From Octopus vulgaris (lineage: Eukaryota), in NCBI GenBank assembly GCA_951406725.2, contig OX597814.1, positions 131,254,001 through 131,318,000 on the forward strand: DNA of 64,000 nt, read 5' to 3'. The stretch's first letter is position 1; the number at the start of each line of letters is the position of its first letter. The notes beneath the pieces are model-generated. The model was not told the DNA's origin. It did no database searches and was given only the letters and a program-made list of their open reading frames with translations. Shown here in pieces: positions 41,491 to 55,585 of this stretch. Made by a program: the position numbers and the translations under genes.

Positions 41491-41785
41491 AGGTACTAAC
41501 ATGTTTTATAGATGGGCCAATCATAAAAAGCAGCGCCCTTCTTCACAACGATCTTTCCTTGGGTGTGATGTAGACGCTAAAAGTACAAGATTGGTATGTT
41601 TCCAGGATTAGTGTACTACTAAATAAAAGGAAACGTAGAACTTGACATGTTTTCAAATTTGTTCCCAACGAGCCATCTACAATACTTTTTAATGGTTTGG
41701 TCTGGTGTACTACACCCGACAGCCTTCGTAGGACTTCGGTATGTGAGTGAGTGTTTATGTATGTAAAGATGTGCGTATAAGAAAT

Positions 41786-41845
<60 letters not shown>

Positions 41846-41890
41846 CATACACATATATATGCATGTATATATATATATATATTCTTTCTC

Positions 41891-41922
<32 letters not shown>

Positions 41923-42301
41923 GTACATGTATATACATATATATGCATATATATGTATGTATATATATGTGTGTGTGTGTGTGTGTATGTATGCATAAAT
42001 GTTTGGTTTTATGTCAAAGTTGTATGTAAAAACAATTGAACGTTAAACTAAAAAAAACTATTCAATACTTTTCAGGACATGTTTATTAAACCAATATACG
42101 GATGGTGTGTGACAGTAATTCTGTGCTTTAGTTTGCGCGCATGTGAGTGTGTGTGTGTGTGTGTGTGTGTGCATGTATATGTGCGTGTCACACACATACA
42201 CACACACACTACCAGAACCATTCTAAAGATTTACAGTTTCTTCTAAAGTTTCTTTCTCACCTCGTCCCTCCCCTCTTCCACCTCCGTTTCTTTTTCTTCT
42301 T

Positions 42302-42390
<89 letters not shown>

Positions 42391-42979
42391 CATTATTATT
42401 ATCATCATCATTATTATTATTTTCTTTCGCACTTTTGCATTTTGCTTATACTCCACCTCCTATTTCCTACCTTTCCAAAAAGAATAAATAAATAAATAAA
42501 AAGCCGTAAAGACAGAAACAAGAGTATATCTCCCGAAATTTATCACTAAGCCACCGAGTTAACACTAGTTCTTGAAACATTAAGCATACTTTATACTCCA
42601 TAAAATAGCATGAAACAGTATGTATAAATATATATTTCAACTAACACGCAATAATACGTATACTGTTGGCGCTTAAACCAAACTTGTCTACTTTAAATAA
42701 GAAAGTAGGTTGAATAATATCATATTTGTACCCTATTTCCTTCCATATGTCTTATAATATAAACATGAAAGATTTATGTGAACGTCAGGTGTCTTGTTTG
42801 AATTCGTACTTGCTTGTATGCATTGTATGGCTGCGTGATAATGAAGTTCGTTTTGCAAACACGTAGTTTCGGGTTCAATCCCACTGTGCTGCATAACTGG
42901 GTCGACCAAACACTTTTTATCCTTTCTGGGTCGATAAGGCTGTATGGAAACCCGTCGTATATGTGTGTGTGCGTGTGTA

Positions 42980-43161
42980 CCGTTGGCGATTTTTTCCTTT
43001 GTCTTCCCTTCTCTGGATCTTTCCTTTTCCTATGTTTCCGACGAAGAGCTCCGCTCGAAACGTTAAGCCCTCCTCTTTCCTTCTTTCCTGAGCGTCCAAT
43101 AATACTATATTTGTTCCACGTCCTCGCGTTGTTGTGTTTTTTTGTGCTTTCATGTTTGGAT

Positions 43162-43232
<71 letters not shown>

Positions 43233-43467
43233 TTACAGACATACATGCAGACACACACACACACAGACATATATATATCATGATAGATCGCTAGCCACTA
43301 CACATTCTTTATTTTCTCTTCTTGTTTCTTTCTGTGTTCCTTTCTGTGGAAGAGCGTAGGCTCGAAACGCTAAAGACCTTTTTCACTTCCCGAGCATTAA
43401 ACTAATATATCTGTGTGTTGTTTACACACCCGTCTTCATCTTTTGTTTTTGTTATTTTTGTAAATTC

Positions 43468-43515
<48 letters not shown>

Positions 43516-43730
43516 TGTTTGTATATGTATATATGCCATGATTGACCGCTAGCTCCAAAAGCTTCTTTTACTATCTTTCTATTTTATTCTCTCTCTGTTT
43601 ATTTCCTTGTGTTGAAGAGCGTAAGATCGAAACGTAAAAGACTTTCCCGCCTTCCCGAGTGTTAAACTAATAGAGCTGTTTGTTGTTTATACACCTGTTT
43701 TGTCTTTTGTTTCTCTGTAAATTTCAACTA
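42980..43730 (+). mobile_element. Head-to-tail array of three hammerhead-like-motif units separated by (TA)n
   Basis: Motifs at 43034-43068 (CCGACGA), 43339-43377 (CTGTGGA) and 43605-43642 (degenerate), all on +. Confidence 0.75.
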
Positions 43731-43860
43731 TATTATATATATATATATAGACTATATATTATTCAAAGAAGAAACAATGTACGTTCGAACACCAAAGAGA
43801 TACCTGAAGAATAGGATATCTGACTCGCTAGAAAGAGCAGTCATAAACTATATCTATATC

Positions 43861-43926
<66 letters not shown>

Positions 43927-43927
43927 T

Positions 43928-44480
43928 GGCGCAGGAGCGGCTGTGTGATAAGTAGCTTGGTTACCAACCACTCGGTTCAGTCCCACTACGTGACACCTTG
44001 GGCAAGTGTCTTCTACTATAGCCTCGGGCCGACCAAATCCTTGTGAGTGGATTTGGTTGATGGAAACTGAAAGAAGCCCATCCTATATATATCAATATGT
44101 TTGTGTGTCTGTGTTAGTCCCCACCGACCATCGCTTGATAACTATTATTGGCTTGTTTACGTCCCTATAACTTAGCGGTTCGGCTTAAGAGACCGATAGA
44201 ATAAATATCAGCCAGAAAATATGTACTGGGATCTATTTGTACGGCTAGACCAGTGTTCTGATACCATTTTCCGCCTACGGCACACTTATATTTTTCTCGA
44301 AATTTGGCGGCTCACTTGAACTAAAATTATAGGGGAAAAAATTATATTCAGGTTGCACTGCGGCACAACTAGCATCGTCTCGTGGCACACTAGTGTACTG
44401 TGGCATACCCGTTGCGGACACAGGACTAGTGCTTCCAGTATGGCCGCAGTCCAATGACTGAAGCAAGTAAATGATAAAAT
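43928..44480 (+). mobile_element. SINE family B interrupted by a hAT MITE
   Basis: Family-B body resumes after 44424. Confidence 0.85.
44251..44423 (+). mobile_element. hAT (Charlie-like) MITE
   Basis: cagtgttc...gacacag termini; degenerate 8-bp TSD ggctagac/gactagtg; second copy at 1-125. Confidence 0.7.
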
Positions 44481-44758
44481 ATGAAAGATCTAAGGCATGC
44501 ATAACATGCAGGGGACTCTTATCCTGATCTCACAGAAAGAACTCCTGGGAGATCAGACACAGGGCGAACTCCGAGTAGCGACTCTACAACAGATCTTGTT
44601 TTAAGTTAATGCTAATGCACCCTATTTACCAGTATTCAACACGTATATTTCGCTTAAGTGCATATATCAGGTCAGTACGAAATTACCATTATCTCTCTCT
44701 TACACACTAAAAAAAAATTGAAACCAATATTTATATATACACACACACACATGTCACA

Positions 44759-44812
<54 letters not shown>

Positions 44813-44944
44813 CACAGGGCAACGTAGGTGTGCCTCTATGTATGTTACACGGCTCTGGATTTAGTCTCACTGCGTGGCACATCTTCTAATGTAGGCTCTT
44901 GTGAATGGATTTGGTAGACGGAAACTGAAAGAATTCCGTACTTT

Positions 44945-45121
44945 ATTTATATGTATTTTTTTTTCTCTCCTTGTTTTTTTTTCTCTGTGTATCTTTCTGT
45001 CGAAGAGCGTAGGCTCGAAACGTAAAAGACTTGTTCTATTTCTATTCCTGAGCGCCATAATACATTTGTTTGTTTGTACTCCACTGCCTTCGTCTTTTGT
45101 TTATTTTCGTAAACCTTCCCG

Positions 45122-45122
<1 letters not shown>
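44945..45122 (+). mobile_element. Short (TA)n-tailed hammerhead-like-motif element
   Basis: tcttt-CTGTCGA-A-GAGC-gtag-GCTC-GAAA-cg-TA-aaaga at 44992-45029. Confidence 0.8.
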
Positions 45123-45169
<47 letters not shown>

Positions 45170-45178
45170 TATATATAT

Positions 45179-45340
45179 AATGAAAGAATGGAGTTGAACG
45201 ACGATTTAACAAAATTCCTTTATTCTTGACATATGTTTCGACATATTTATTCCTTCGGAATTGAGAATATGCAGTTTTCGAAACATATGTCGAGAATAAA
45301 GGAATTTTGTTAAATCGTCGTTCGACTCCATTCTTTCATT
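45179..45340. repeat. Fold-back with 63-bp arms, each ending in a hammerhead 3' half (GAAA-catatg-TC)
   Basis: 45179-45241 vs 45278-45340; starts at (TA)n. Confidence 0.92.
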
Positions 45341-45491
45341 TATTTATAGTAAAAAAACACACAAATTTCCACACGAAAGCACGTGATTTCTGCCCTTGGC
45401 ATGTAGCTTCAACCGTGATTTCTGACGTAAATTTACTACCCGGGTATCGGTTAACCGAATTATCCATACTAGGATAATTCATTCAACTACT

Positions 45492-45539
<48 letters not shown>

Positions 45540-45549
45540 CCTATACCTT

Positions 45550-45860
45550 TTTAAATCCTTTTACTCGTTCAAGTCATTAGATTGTGGCCATGCTGGGGCT
45601 CTGCATCGAAAAAATTTTTAGTCGAGGACGTAAACACAGCCACACGGTTCTCAAGCAGTGGTGGGAGACAAACACGGATACAAAGACACATACGCACGCA
45701 CACACACACGCGCGCGCGCGCGCACGTGAGAATTTTTTTTTTTTTTCTATTTCCGTCTACCAAATCTAGTCACAAGGCTTTGGTCGGTCCGAGGTGCCCA
45801 ACGTGCTACGCAATGAGACTGAACCTGGAACCATGTGGTTGGGAAGCCACGTCAGTACCC
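45550..45860 (-). mobile_element. SINE family B, degenerate
   Basis: Family-B blocks with deletions. Confidence 0.7.
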
Positions 45861-45928
45861 ATTTATACATGTGTGCGTATTCATATATCATAGTTTACTT
45901 AAAGAGTGATGTAAAACGCATATGTATA

Positions 45929-45970
<42 letters not shown>

Positions 45971-45973
45971 GTT

Positions 45974-46023
<50 letters not shown>

Positions 46024-46024
<1 letters not shown>

Positions 46025-46222
46025 AATAATAAGAGAGAGTCCACCATGTGGTCACTCTAACGCTAGAAATAGATCCGCAAAGGGAATCCGCCACTAAGAA
46101 ATTGTTCTCAAGAATTAATTCAACACGCCAAGAATTAATTCAACATTCTTAGTGGCGGATTCCCTTTGCGGATCTATTTCTAGCGTTAGTGTGACCATAT
46201 GGTGGACTCTCTCTTATTATTT
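46024..46222. repeat. Fold-back with 77-bp arms after (TA)n
   Basis: 46024-46100 vs 46146-46222; spacer has caagaattaattcaaca twice. Confidence 0.95.
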
Positions 46223-46253
46223 GTATTAATAATTTGGCATAGTTTCGGTTGTA

Positions 46254-46997
46254 GTAGCACAGATTTCCGTCGATTTCCGTAAAAAACTTTTATTTTTTTA
46301 CATAAGTAATGAGAGCGAAAGAGACTAAGAGGAAGCGATTTTACGACGAGAAGGTTTCACTTTGAAGTCGGCCTGTGTGTGTTTGATGGGGTGTGGGAGA
46401 CAGACAGTATGTTGTGTAAGTGAAGTGCTTCTGTTAGTGTGTGCGAAGAGACAGACATACATATACACATACACCGAGTACATACATACATACATACATA
46501 CACACACATACATAGATACATACACACACACACATACATACATACATACACACACACATACTTACACACACACACATAGATACATACACACACACATACA
46601 TGCAGACATACATATACACATACACCGAGTAAAAAATTACACTGAATCGACCATACATACATACACACATACATACATACACATACACACATACATAGAT
46701 ACATGCATACATACATATACACATACATGCATACATACATATACACATACACCGAGTAAAAAATCAGTTATCTCTCTCTTTCACACATTACTCTCTCTGT
46801 CTCTTCGCACACACTAACAGAAGCACTTCACTTACACAACATACTGTCTGTCTCCCACACCCCATCAAACACACACAGGCCGTCTTCAAAGTGAAACCTT
46901 CTCGTCATAAAATCGCTTCCTCTTAGTCTCTTTCGCTCTCATTACTTATGTAAAAAAATAAAAGTTTTTTACGGAAATCGACGGAAATCTGTGCTAC
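46254..46997. repeat. Inverted repeat, ~202-bp arms, microsatellite spacer
   Basis: 46254-46455 vs 46796-46997, about 2 substitutions; spacer has three acaccgagta motifs. Confidence 0.95.
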
Positions 46998-47174
46998 GAC
47001 ATGCGAAACTTCGCCAATAATTTTTAGTGTATCCCAGTTTTTTTATACGCTTGACCACTTGGTGTTTTAAATAGAAGTTATTAATTAATATTCAATTTTT
47101 TTTCACCCTTATTGTGATTTTAATTATTTATATATATATATATATATACGCTACGCACATTCACATTCAAATAT

Positions 47175-47231
<57 letters not shown>

Positions 47232-47232
<1 letters not shown>

Positions 47233-47610
47233 GGCGTAGGAGTGGCTGTGTGGTAAGTAGCTTGCTTACGAACCACAAGGTTCCGGGTTCAGCCCCTCTG
47301 CGTGGCACCTCGGGCAAATGTCTTCTACTATAGCCTCGGGCCGACCAAAGCCTTGTGAGTGGATCTGGTAGACGGAAACTGAAAGAAGCCCTTCGAATAT
47401 ATGTATGTGTGTATATGTTTGTATGTCTGTGTTTGTCCCCCCCCCCCAGCATCGCTTGACAACCGATGCTGGTGTGTTTACGTCCCCGTAACTTAGAGAT
47501 ACCGATAGAATAAGTACTAGGCTTACAAAAATAAGTTCTGGGGTCGATGTGCTCGACTCAAGGCGGTGCTCCATCATGGCCACAGTCAAATGACTGAAAA
47601 GAGTAAAAGA

Positions 47611-47611
<1 letters not shown>
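47232..47611 (+). mobile_element. SINE family B
   Basis: Near full length. Confidence 0.9.
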
Positions 47612-47658
<47 letters not shown>

Positions 47659-47762
47659 GAGCTCCACTCGAAATGTGAAGTCCAATAAATAACACAGCAC
47701 TTGTTTGTAAAGTGCGTCCTCGCGTTGTTGTTTTTTCTTGCTTGTTCTTGTTTGGGTTGTCT

Positions 47763-47854
<92 letters not shown>

Positions 47855-47994
47855 GAAAGAATAGAAAAAAATGGGACATGAACGCGAAGCATCAAGACAG
47901 ATGATACAAAAAAATGAACAAGAAAAAACAAGGACGGGTCAATTCGGTGTTTTCTTTCATCAGTCTAGTGTTCCAGATTAGATTTGCAGTTTCG

Positions 47995-48335
47995 GGGCAC
48001 TCCGTCGGTTGCAACGACGAGGGTTTCAGTTGAACCGATCAGCGGAACAGCCTGCTCGTGAAATTAACGTGCAAGTGGCTGAGCATTCCGCAGCCACGTA
48101 TAACCCTTAATGTAGATACAGAGTGTGACAAGGTTGGCACTTTGAAATACAGGTACAATAGAAACAGGAAGAAAAAGTGAGAGAAAGTTGTGGTGAAGGA
48201 GTACAGCAGAGTTCGCCACCACTCCCTGCTGGAGCTTCGTGGAACTTTAGGTGTTTTCGCTCAATAAACACTCTGGGAATCGAAACCGCGATCCTCCGAC
48301 TGCGAGTCCGCTGCCCTAACCACTGGGCCATTGTG

Positions 48336-48339
<4 letters not shown>
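47995..48339 (-). mobile_element. Chimeric SINE: family-A-like head with family-E tail
   Basis: 48165-48339 matches family A; 47995-48110 matches 16376-16475. Confidence 0.8.
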
Positions 48340-48385
<46 letters not shown>

Positions 48386-48437
48386 AATATAATGTATGTG
48401 TAGTTGTTACGTCTTCAATCTGTCCATCTATCTGTCC

Positions 48438-48524
<87 letters not shown>

Positions 48525-48527
48525 ATC

Positions 48528-48958
48528 TTGTCTAGTGAATGTTTAAAAAAAAGATGGGTGAATGTAGCAAGGATGGCCCGTATGAATGACGAAGCCACCT
48601 TGGCTATGATCCTATGAACCGTAAAAATTAATACAGAGATTTTACTTATTTGTAAAAAAAAAAAGAGAAATATAACATGTGACTTCATTGACCGAGGTTA
48701 CCGTGGTCTTTTCCGTAGGATTTTCTTTCCACGGGTAAACCTCACCTGTCCTCCCCTTTACACCTTATATTGACATTTCTGTGATAACGATCCCTATTGA
48801 TCGATTTTTTTATCCCCCCACCCTTTTTTTATCCTCTTTCTTTCCTTTTACGATCCCTTTTGATCGAAAACCAAACCCCCTTTTTATTCCCAAAAGAAAA
48901 GCTCTACCTTGTAATTTGTCCTGTCTGTGTGCAGCCCTGTGTGGCTAATAAAGAAACA

Positions 48959-48960
<2 letters not shown>
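48528..48960 (+). mobile_element. 3' end of an L1/Tx1-like LINE embedded in (CTAT)n
   Basis: LSSECLKKRWVNVARMARMNDEATLAMIL*, 3' UTR with AATAAA, then (ATCT)n; copies at 61255 and 61381. Confidence 0.7.
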
Positions 48961-49026
<66 letters not shown>

Positions 49027-49087
49027 GATCGATCGATCGATCGATCTATGTCTGTCTGTCTATCTGTCTATCTACCTATCCATATAA

Positions 49088-49159
<72 letters not shown>

Positions 49160-49240
49160 GTTTGTCTGTCTGTCTATCTATCTACCTGTCCATATAAATC
49201 TCTCTCTATATATATATCTATCTATCTATCTATCTATCTA

Positions 49241-49287
<47 letters not shown>

Positions 49288-49309
49288 CTCTGTCTATCCA
49301 TATAAATCT

Positions 49310-49362
<53 letters not shown>

Positions 49363-49842
49363 CTATCTATATCTGCCTATATATGTATGTATTTAATTCA
49401 TGATATGTGTACTTGTCTTTTAGCTGGCTACGTTACTATTACGCTATATTTACAGTCACGTGAATTATATGATGTAAGTAGAGGAGGAAGTCGCATACCG
49501 GTATGGCAGACCAAATTCTCCTGTCGCTTATTTTTATTTATGAAGTCACGAGTGAATGCTTTCTGTAAAAATAATTAAAAAAAAAATAATGGCGATGGGT
49601 GGGCGTTAGAGGCGGGTAGAATACTCGTTACACATTAAAGTCATGTTTACAGCAAGATATAATAATGTCATCCTTCTTTCTTCTCTCGTTCTCCTACTTC
49701 TTTCCGTGCTGTTACAGTTTGTAAAACGAATGATGAAGAAATGTTGGTTTGTTCATGCCATAGTTAGTTGTTCATACGTTGTATATATATATATATATCG
49801 ATACGTTAATTTGAGCAAAACCACAGTTTGTGTGTGTGTGTG

Positions 49843-49848
49843 TGTGTA

Positions 49849-49887
<39 letters not shown>

Positions 49888-50538
49888 ACATATATATATA
49901 TAAAATGTATATAATAAATATAATGTATGTGTATATATATATAATGTGTGCGTCTACACACACACACACACATACACAAACACACGCAAACACACACACA
50001 CACACACACACACATACACACACACACACACACACTCACACAGGTGAGCATATGTGCAAAACAAGGTGAAGAAAATAGTACTCGAATACCAAAGGTAGAG
50101 TAATAAAAAAGTATATTTATAGGTGTGTGTGTGTATGTGCGTGCTCGCGCGTGTATTTGTATATATATTCGAGTATATGTGTGTGTATACATGTGTGTGT
50201 GTGTGTGTGGTGTGTATAATATATATATATACATATATATAAAATGTATATAATAAATATAATGTATGTGTATATATATAATGTGCGTGTCTACACACAC
50301 ACACACACATACACAAACACACACAAACACACACACACACACACACATACACACACACACAGAGGTGAGCATATGTGCAAAACAAGGTGAAGAAAATAGT
50401 ACTCGAATACCAAAGGTAGAGTAATAAAAAGTATATTTATATGTGTGTGTGTGTGTATGTGCGTGCTCGCGCGTGCTCGCGCGTGCTCGCGCGTGTATTT
50501 GTATATATACTCGAGTATATGTGTGTGTATACATGTGT
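49843..50538 (+). repeat. Tandem duplication, ~320-370-bp unit with microsatellite breakpoints
   Basis: aggtgagcatatgtgcaaaacaaggtgaagaaaatagtactcgaataccaaaggtagagt identical at 50042 and 50363. Confidence 0.92.
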
Positions 50539-50632
50539 ATACTCTTATATGTGTATGTTTTATAGTGTGTACGTTTATATGTGTATACTTATGTGTATAT
50601 ATGTATGTGCATGCGTGTATATATGTGGTGTA

Positions 50633-50672
<40 letters not shown>

Positions 50673-51014
50673 CAGAAACTGACCAAATCTCACACTGTTT
50701 CCGTAAGCCCAATTTCCCTCGTATAATACTTCGTTGAAACCGAAGGATTACAGGAGAATGTAGGAACCAAAGAAAATAGTTTCACTTCTTGTAATCGACA
50801 AATAGTGAATATAAACAAATAATTTACTTTGCCGCGAGAAATATGAAAATCTACATGTTTCAGGCTTCGTTCTTCGTCAGAGAATGGATGTATCGTTTAA
50901 ACGTTTCCTCTTGCTTGCGGCGAATCACTTTATTAGTCTTTAGAACAACTTATTGTAAAACAGCTCGTGTGCAAAAAAGCCGCGCTGTGGAATTGAAATC
51001 GTAACTGGTTACCA

Positions 51015-51533
51015 ATCTTGGTTGTGTAGTTAGGAAACTGGCTTTGTAACAACGTGGTTTCGAGATCAGTTCCACTGCACAGTACCTCGGGCAAGTGTCT
51101 TCTACTATAATCCCTGAATAAATTTCGTTGACGGAAACTGTATGGAATCCCGTCCTGTCTATATGTGTGTGTATGTGTGTTTGTGCACTAGCATAGCTGG
51201 GGGGAGGGCAGTAGATGCGGTCCGCTCCGGGCGGCACTTTTGGGTCTACTGTAAGCAATATGTTTTTGTGACGTCCGGGGGCGGCAAATGGAAGGGCCGC
51301 CTCGGGCAGCACACACTCTGTCTATGCTAATATGTGTGTGTGTGTGTGTGTGTGTGTTTGTTTCCCCCTCTTGAAAGATCCGGCGTTAGTTTGCTTACGT
51401 CTCTGTAACTAGCGGTTCGGCAACTGATACTGAATAAATAAGTACTCTTGGGGGTCGATTTTTTTTCTACGAAACCCTTCAAGGCAGTGCCCTACCATGG
51501 CCGCAGTCCAGTCCAATGACTGGAACAAATAAG
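51015..51533 (+). mobile_element. Old SINE family B containing a GC-rich MITE
   Basis: Family-B blocks on both sides of 51186-51332. Confidence 0.7.
51186..51332. mobile_element. GC-rich hAT-like MITE
   Basis: TIR tagcatag/ctatgcta; repeated gggcggca subterminal motifs. Confidence 0.6.
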
Positions 51534-51545
51534 TTACCTACCATA

Positions 51546-51931
51546 GGCGCAGGAGTGGCTGTGTGGTAAGTAGCTTGTTTACCAACCACATGGTTCCGGG
51601 TTCAGTCCCACTGCGTGGCACCTTGTGCAAGTGTCTTCTACTATAGCCTCGGGCCGACCAAAGCCTTGTAGACGGAAACTGAAAGAAGCCCGTCGTATAT
51701 ATGTATATGTATATATATATGCGTGTGTGTGTGTGTTTGTGTGTCTGTGTTTGTCCCCCCTAGCATTGCTTGACAACCGATGCTGGTGTGTTTATGTCCC
51801 CGTTACTTAGCGGTTCGGCAAAAGAGACCGATAGAATAAGTACTGGGCTTACAAAAGAATAAGTCCCGGGGGTCGAGTTGCTCGATTAAAGGCGGTGCTC
51901 CAGCATGGCCGCAGTCAAATGACTGAAACAA

Positions 51932-51940
<9 letters not shown>
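51546..51940 (+). mobile_element. SINE family B, young, tail expanded into (GA)n
   Basis: Near-consensus with one short deletion. Confidence 0.92.
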
Positions 51941-51978
<38 letters not shown>

Positions 51979-53574
51979 AGCGTACCTGCCCTCCTGAGAA
52001 TAAGCACAATACCACATGATCAAGTGTCAGAGAGCTCGAAGAGAAAACACGCTTTTACAACATGATAAATAGTTACCCCCCTCACGGTTTAATTAAAAAA
52101 ACAAAAAAAAAAAAAAACAAAAAGAAAATAATAATAATAATCATAATATAATAATGTATTTCAACAGACAATTGAAACCGGAATGCGGCGGTCGTTCGCC
52201 GAAGCTTATCACTTATTCTACGGCATGTGCCACGTCATTCAGGCAAATGACATTAAAGACAAGGAATGTGTAAGACTCCCCCTAATCTTTCCCCAACATC
52301 TCTCTTCAATAAATCAATCAGCCTATATATCTATCTACGCATTTTACTCTCCCCTTTTCATATACACCCGCATCCATACTACATACCTATATATATATAA
52401 TATTATATTATATTATATGTGCGCATGTGTGTGCGTGCGTGCGTGTAGCATGATTCTTTTTGGAGGGGGTGTGTTCGTTCGCATATCTTAAATTGTCCAT
52501 ATTCCAGCTCATTCTCCATCCACAAACAACACGTCCGTTTTAATTTTGAAGCCGTGTTTTAATTTATATCGCATAAAAAGAACGAGAGGAGGAAACGTAA
52601 GGAACATCGAGGGAGAGAGAGAGAAAGAGAGAGAGAGGGAGAGAGAGAGAGAGGAGAGGAAGGGGGGTGGTGGGGGTGAAGTTTCAAAAATAGTGATAGA
52701 TCGATAGAGAGTGAGTGAGTGAGTGAGAGAAAAAGAAACAAAAACAACAGCAAAGGGAGAGTGAAAGAAGGAAAGAAAAATCACAAGAGAAAGAGAAAAT
52801 GAAAGTAGGGTAGAATGTTGAAACGAGATATTGAAAATAAAAACGAGGCTAAAAGAACACAATAACAGACAAGATAAAGGAAAATCTTCATCTCCCACTC
52901 CTTCTCGCACTCTCTCTCTCTCTCGCATACACACGTACACACACTATTAAAACAACAACAACAACAACAACAATAACAACGGCAGTTACGCCGACACAAC
53001 CCTCGTTCCTCCTGTCGCCTCCGTCTCACACGTTCTCTTTACTCTTTACTTCCCATTTCTGGATTTTCCTCTGTATCACATATCGGTCAATTTATTACTC
53101 TAACGCTAACAACGAAGCCAGCTCATGGTTTGTGTTATTGGCTGAATGTAGGCCAGATGGAGGGGTGGAGGCGGTAGGAGAGAGTGTATGGGTGTGTGTG
53201 AGAGAAAGAGAAAGAGAAAGAGAGAGAGAGAGAAAGAGTGAGTGAGTGAGGTGTGTATGTGTGAATGTTTGTGCATGCGTGAGTGTGTACTCGGGCTGTT
53301 GATGTTGTTATCGGATGATGGGTGGCATAAGGGTGGCTCTGTTAGATGGCAGAATCGCTAGAGCGACGGAATAAAATATGCCTTGCGGTATTCAGTCAGC
53401 TTTTCTTTTTCTTTTTCTTTTATGTTCTGATAGTTTGAGTTCAAATCCCGCCGACCTCGATTATGCTATTCAGACTTTCCTGGGGTAGAAAGTGTGTGTG
53501 TAGAGGGGGTCATGACCTATAACTTCCTTCTTCCTCTAATGTATACCTTGCTTCTTATTTAAGAAAAAAAATAT

Positions 53575-54035
<461 letters not shown>

Positions 54036-54039
54036 TCTA

Positions 54040-54800
54040 AGTTCAAATTCCACTGAGGTCGACTTTGCCTTTTATCCCTTTCGGGGTCGATAAAATATGT
54101 ACGAGTTGTGCGTTGGGGTTCTTGCAATCGACTACTCTACGTTTAGAGTTCGGGGTCGACTTTGCCTTTTACCCTTTTGGGGTCGATAAATTAAGTGCCA
54201 GTCAATTAGTGGGGTCGATGTAATCGATTATCTTCCACCCGCGAATTTGCTGGTCTTGTTGCAAAACCTGAAACCAGTATTATTACAAGGCGGCGAGTTG
54301 GCAGAACCGTTAGCACGCCGGACAAAATGCTTAGCGGCATTTCGTCTGTCTTTATGTTCTGAGTTCAAATTCCACCGAGGTCGATTTTGCCTTTCATCTC
54401 TTTCGGGGTTGATAAAATATGTACGAGTTGTGCGTTGTGATTCTTGCAATTGACTACTTTATCCCCCAAAATTCCAAACCCTGCACCAACAGTGAAAAGG
54501 TTTATTATCATTACAAGGCGGCGAGCTGACAGAATCGTAGGCGTCTTCAGGCAAAAAAGCTTAAACGACATTTCTAACGGTTCTTTACATTCTGAGTTCA
54601 AGTCCCGTTGAGATCAAATTGTCCTTTCATCATTTCGGGGGTCGATACAATAAAGTACCAGTCAAATATTGAAGTTGAACGGCTCTTTACATTCTGCGTT
54701 CATGTCCCGTTGAAATCAAATTGTCTTTTCATCATTTCGGGGGTCGATACAATGAAGTACCAGTCAAATATTGAAGTTGATATAATCAACTAACCACTTC
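54040..54800 (+). mobile_element. Cluster of about 6 SINE family C copies and fragments, including a ~118-bp tandem duplication
   Basis: tttcggggtcgataaa-type core repeated at ~54080, 54178, 54401, 54633, 54735. Confidence 0.8.
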
Positions 54801-55108
54801 CATCTAGACTTTTGACCTTTAGGGCTTTTCTTATGGTACCTATCTCGAGGTACATACCCACTGAGTTTTCGCTCTCACCCTCTTTTAAAAACAAAATAGC
54901 TGGTAGTTGTTGTTGCTGCTGTTCCCTGCCTTTCAGTTCTTTTGGGCAGTAAGACCGTAAATGACTTAATGTCTCTCAGAAGCAGTATACCACGGTGGTC
55001 GCTACTGCTAAGACAATACCAGGCTTAACACTTTAAGATGTCAGAAAGAAGATGGTCTGATTTTCAACTCCAAATGCTGTCTTGGTTGCCGAGAGACTCT
55101 TGATGATA

Positions 55109-55585
55109 ACCTATTTCTTTACTGCCCCCAAGGGGCTAAACACAGAGGGGAGAAACATGGACAGGGCAAACGGATTAAGTCGATTATATCGATCCCAGTG
55201 CGTAACTGGTACTTATTTAATCGGCGAGCTGGCAGAAGCGTTAGCACGCCGGGCGAAATGCTTAGCGGTATTTCGTCTGCGTTACGTTGTGAGTTCAAAT
55301 TCCGCCGAGGTCGACTTTGCCTTTCATTCTTTCTGGGTCGATAAATTAAGTACCAGTTACGCACTGGGGTCGATGTAATCGACTTAATACCTATGTCTGT
55401 CCTTGTTTGTCCCCTCTGTGTTTAGCCCTTTGTGGGTAATAAAGAAATAGGTACTTATTTAATCGACCCCGAAAGGATGAAAGGCAAAGTTGATCTCAGC
55501 AAAATTTGAACTCAGAACATATAGATAGACGAAATACTCCTAAGCATCTCTCCCAGCGTGCTGACGTTTCTGCCAGCTCAGCCAG
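55109..55585. mobile_element. SINE family C (+) inserted antisense into SINE family C (-)
   Basis: Perfect 16-bp TSD ggtacttatttaatcg at 55208-55223 and 55450-55465. Confidence 0.92.
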
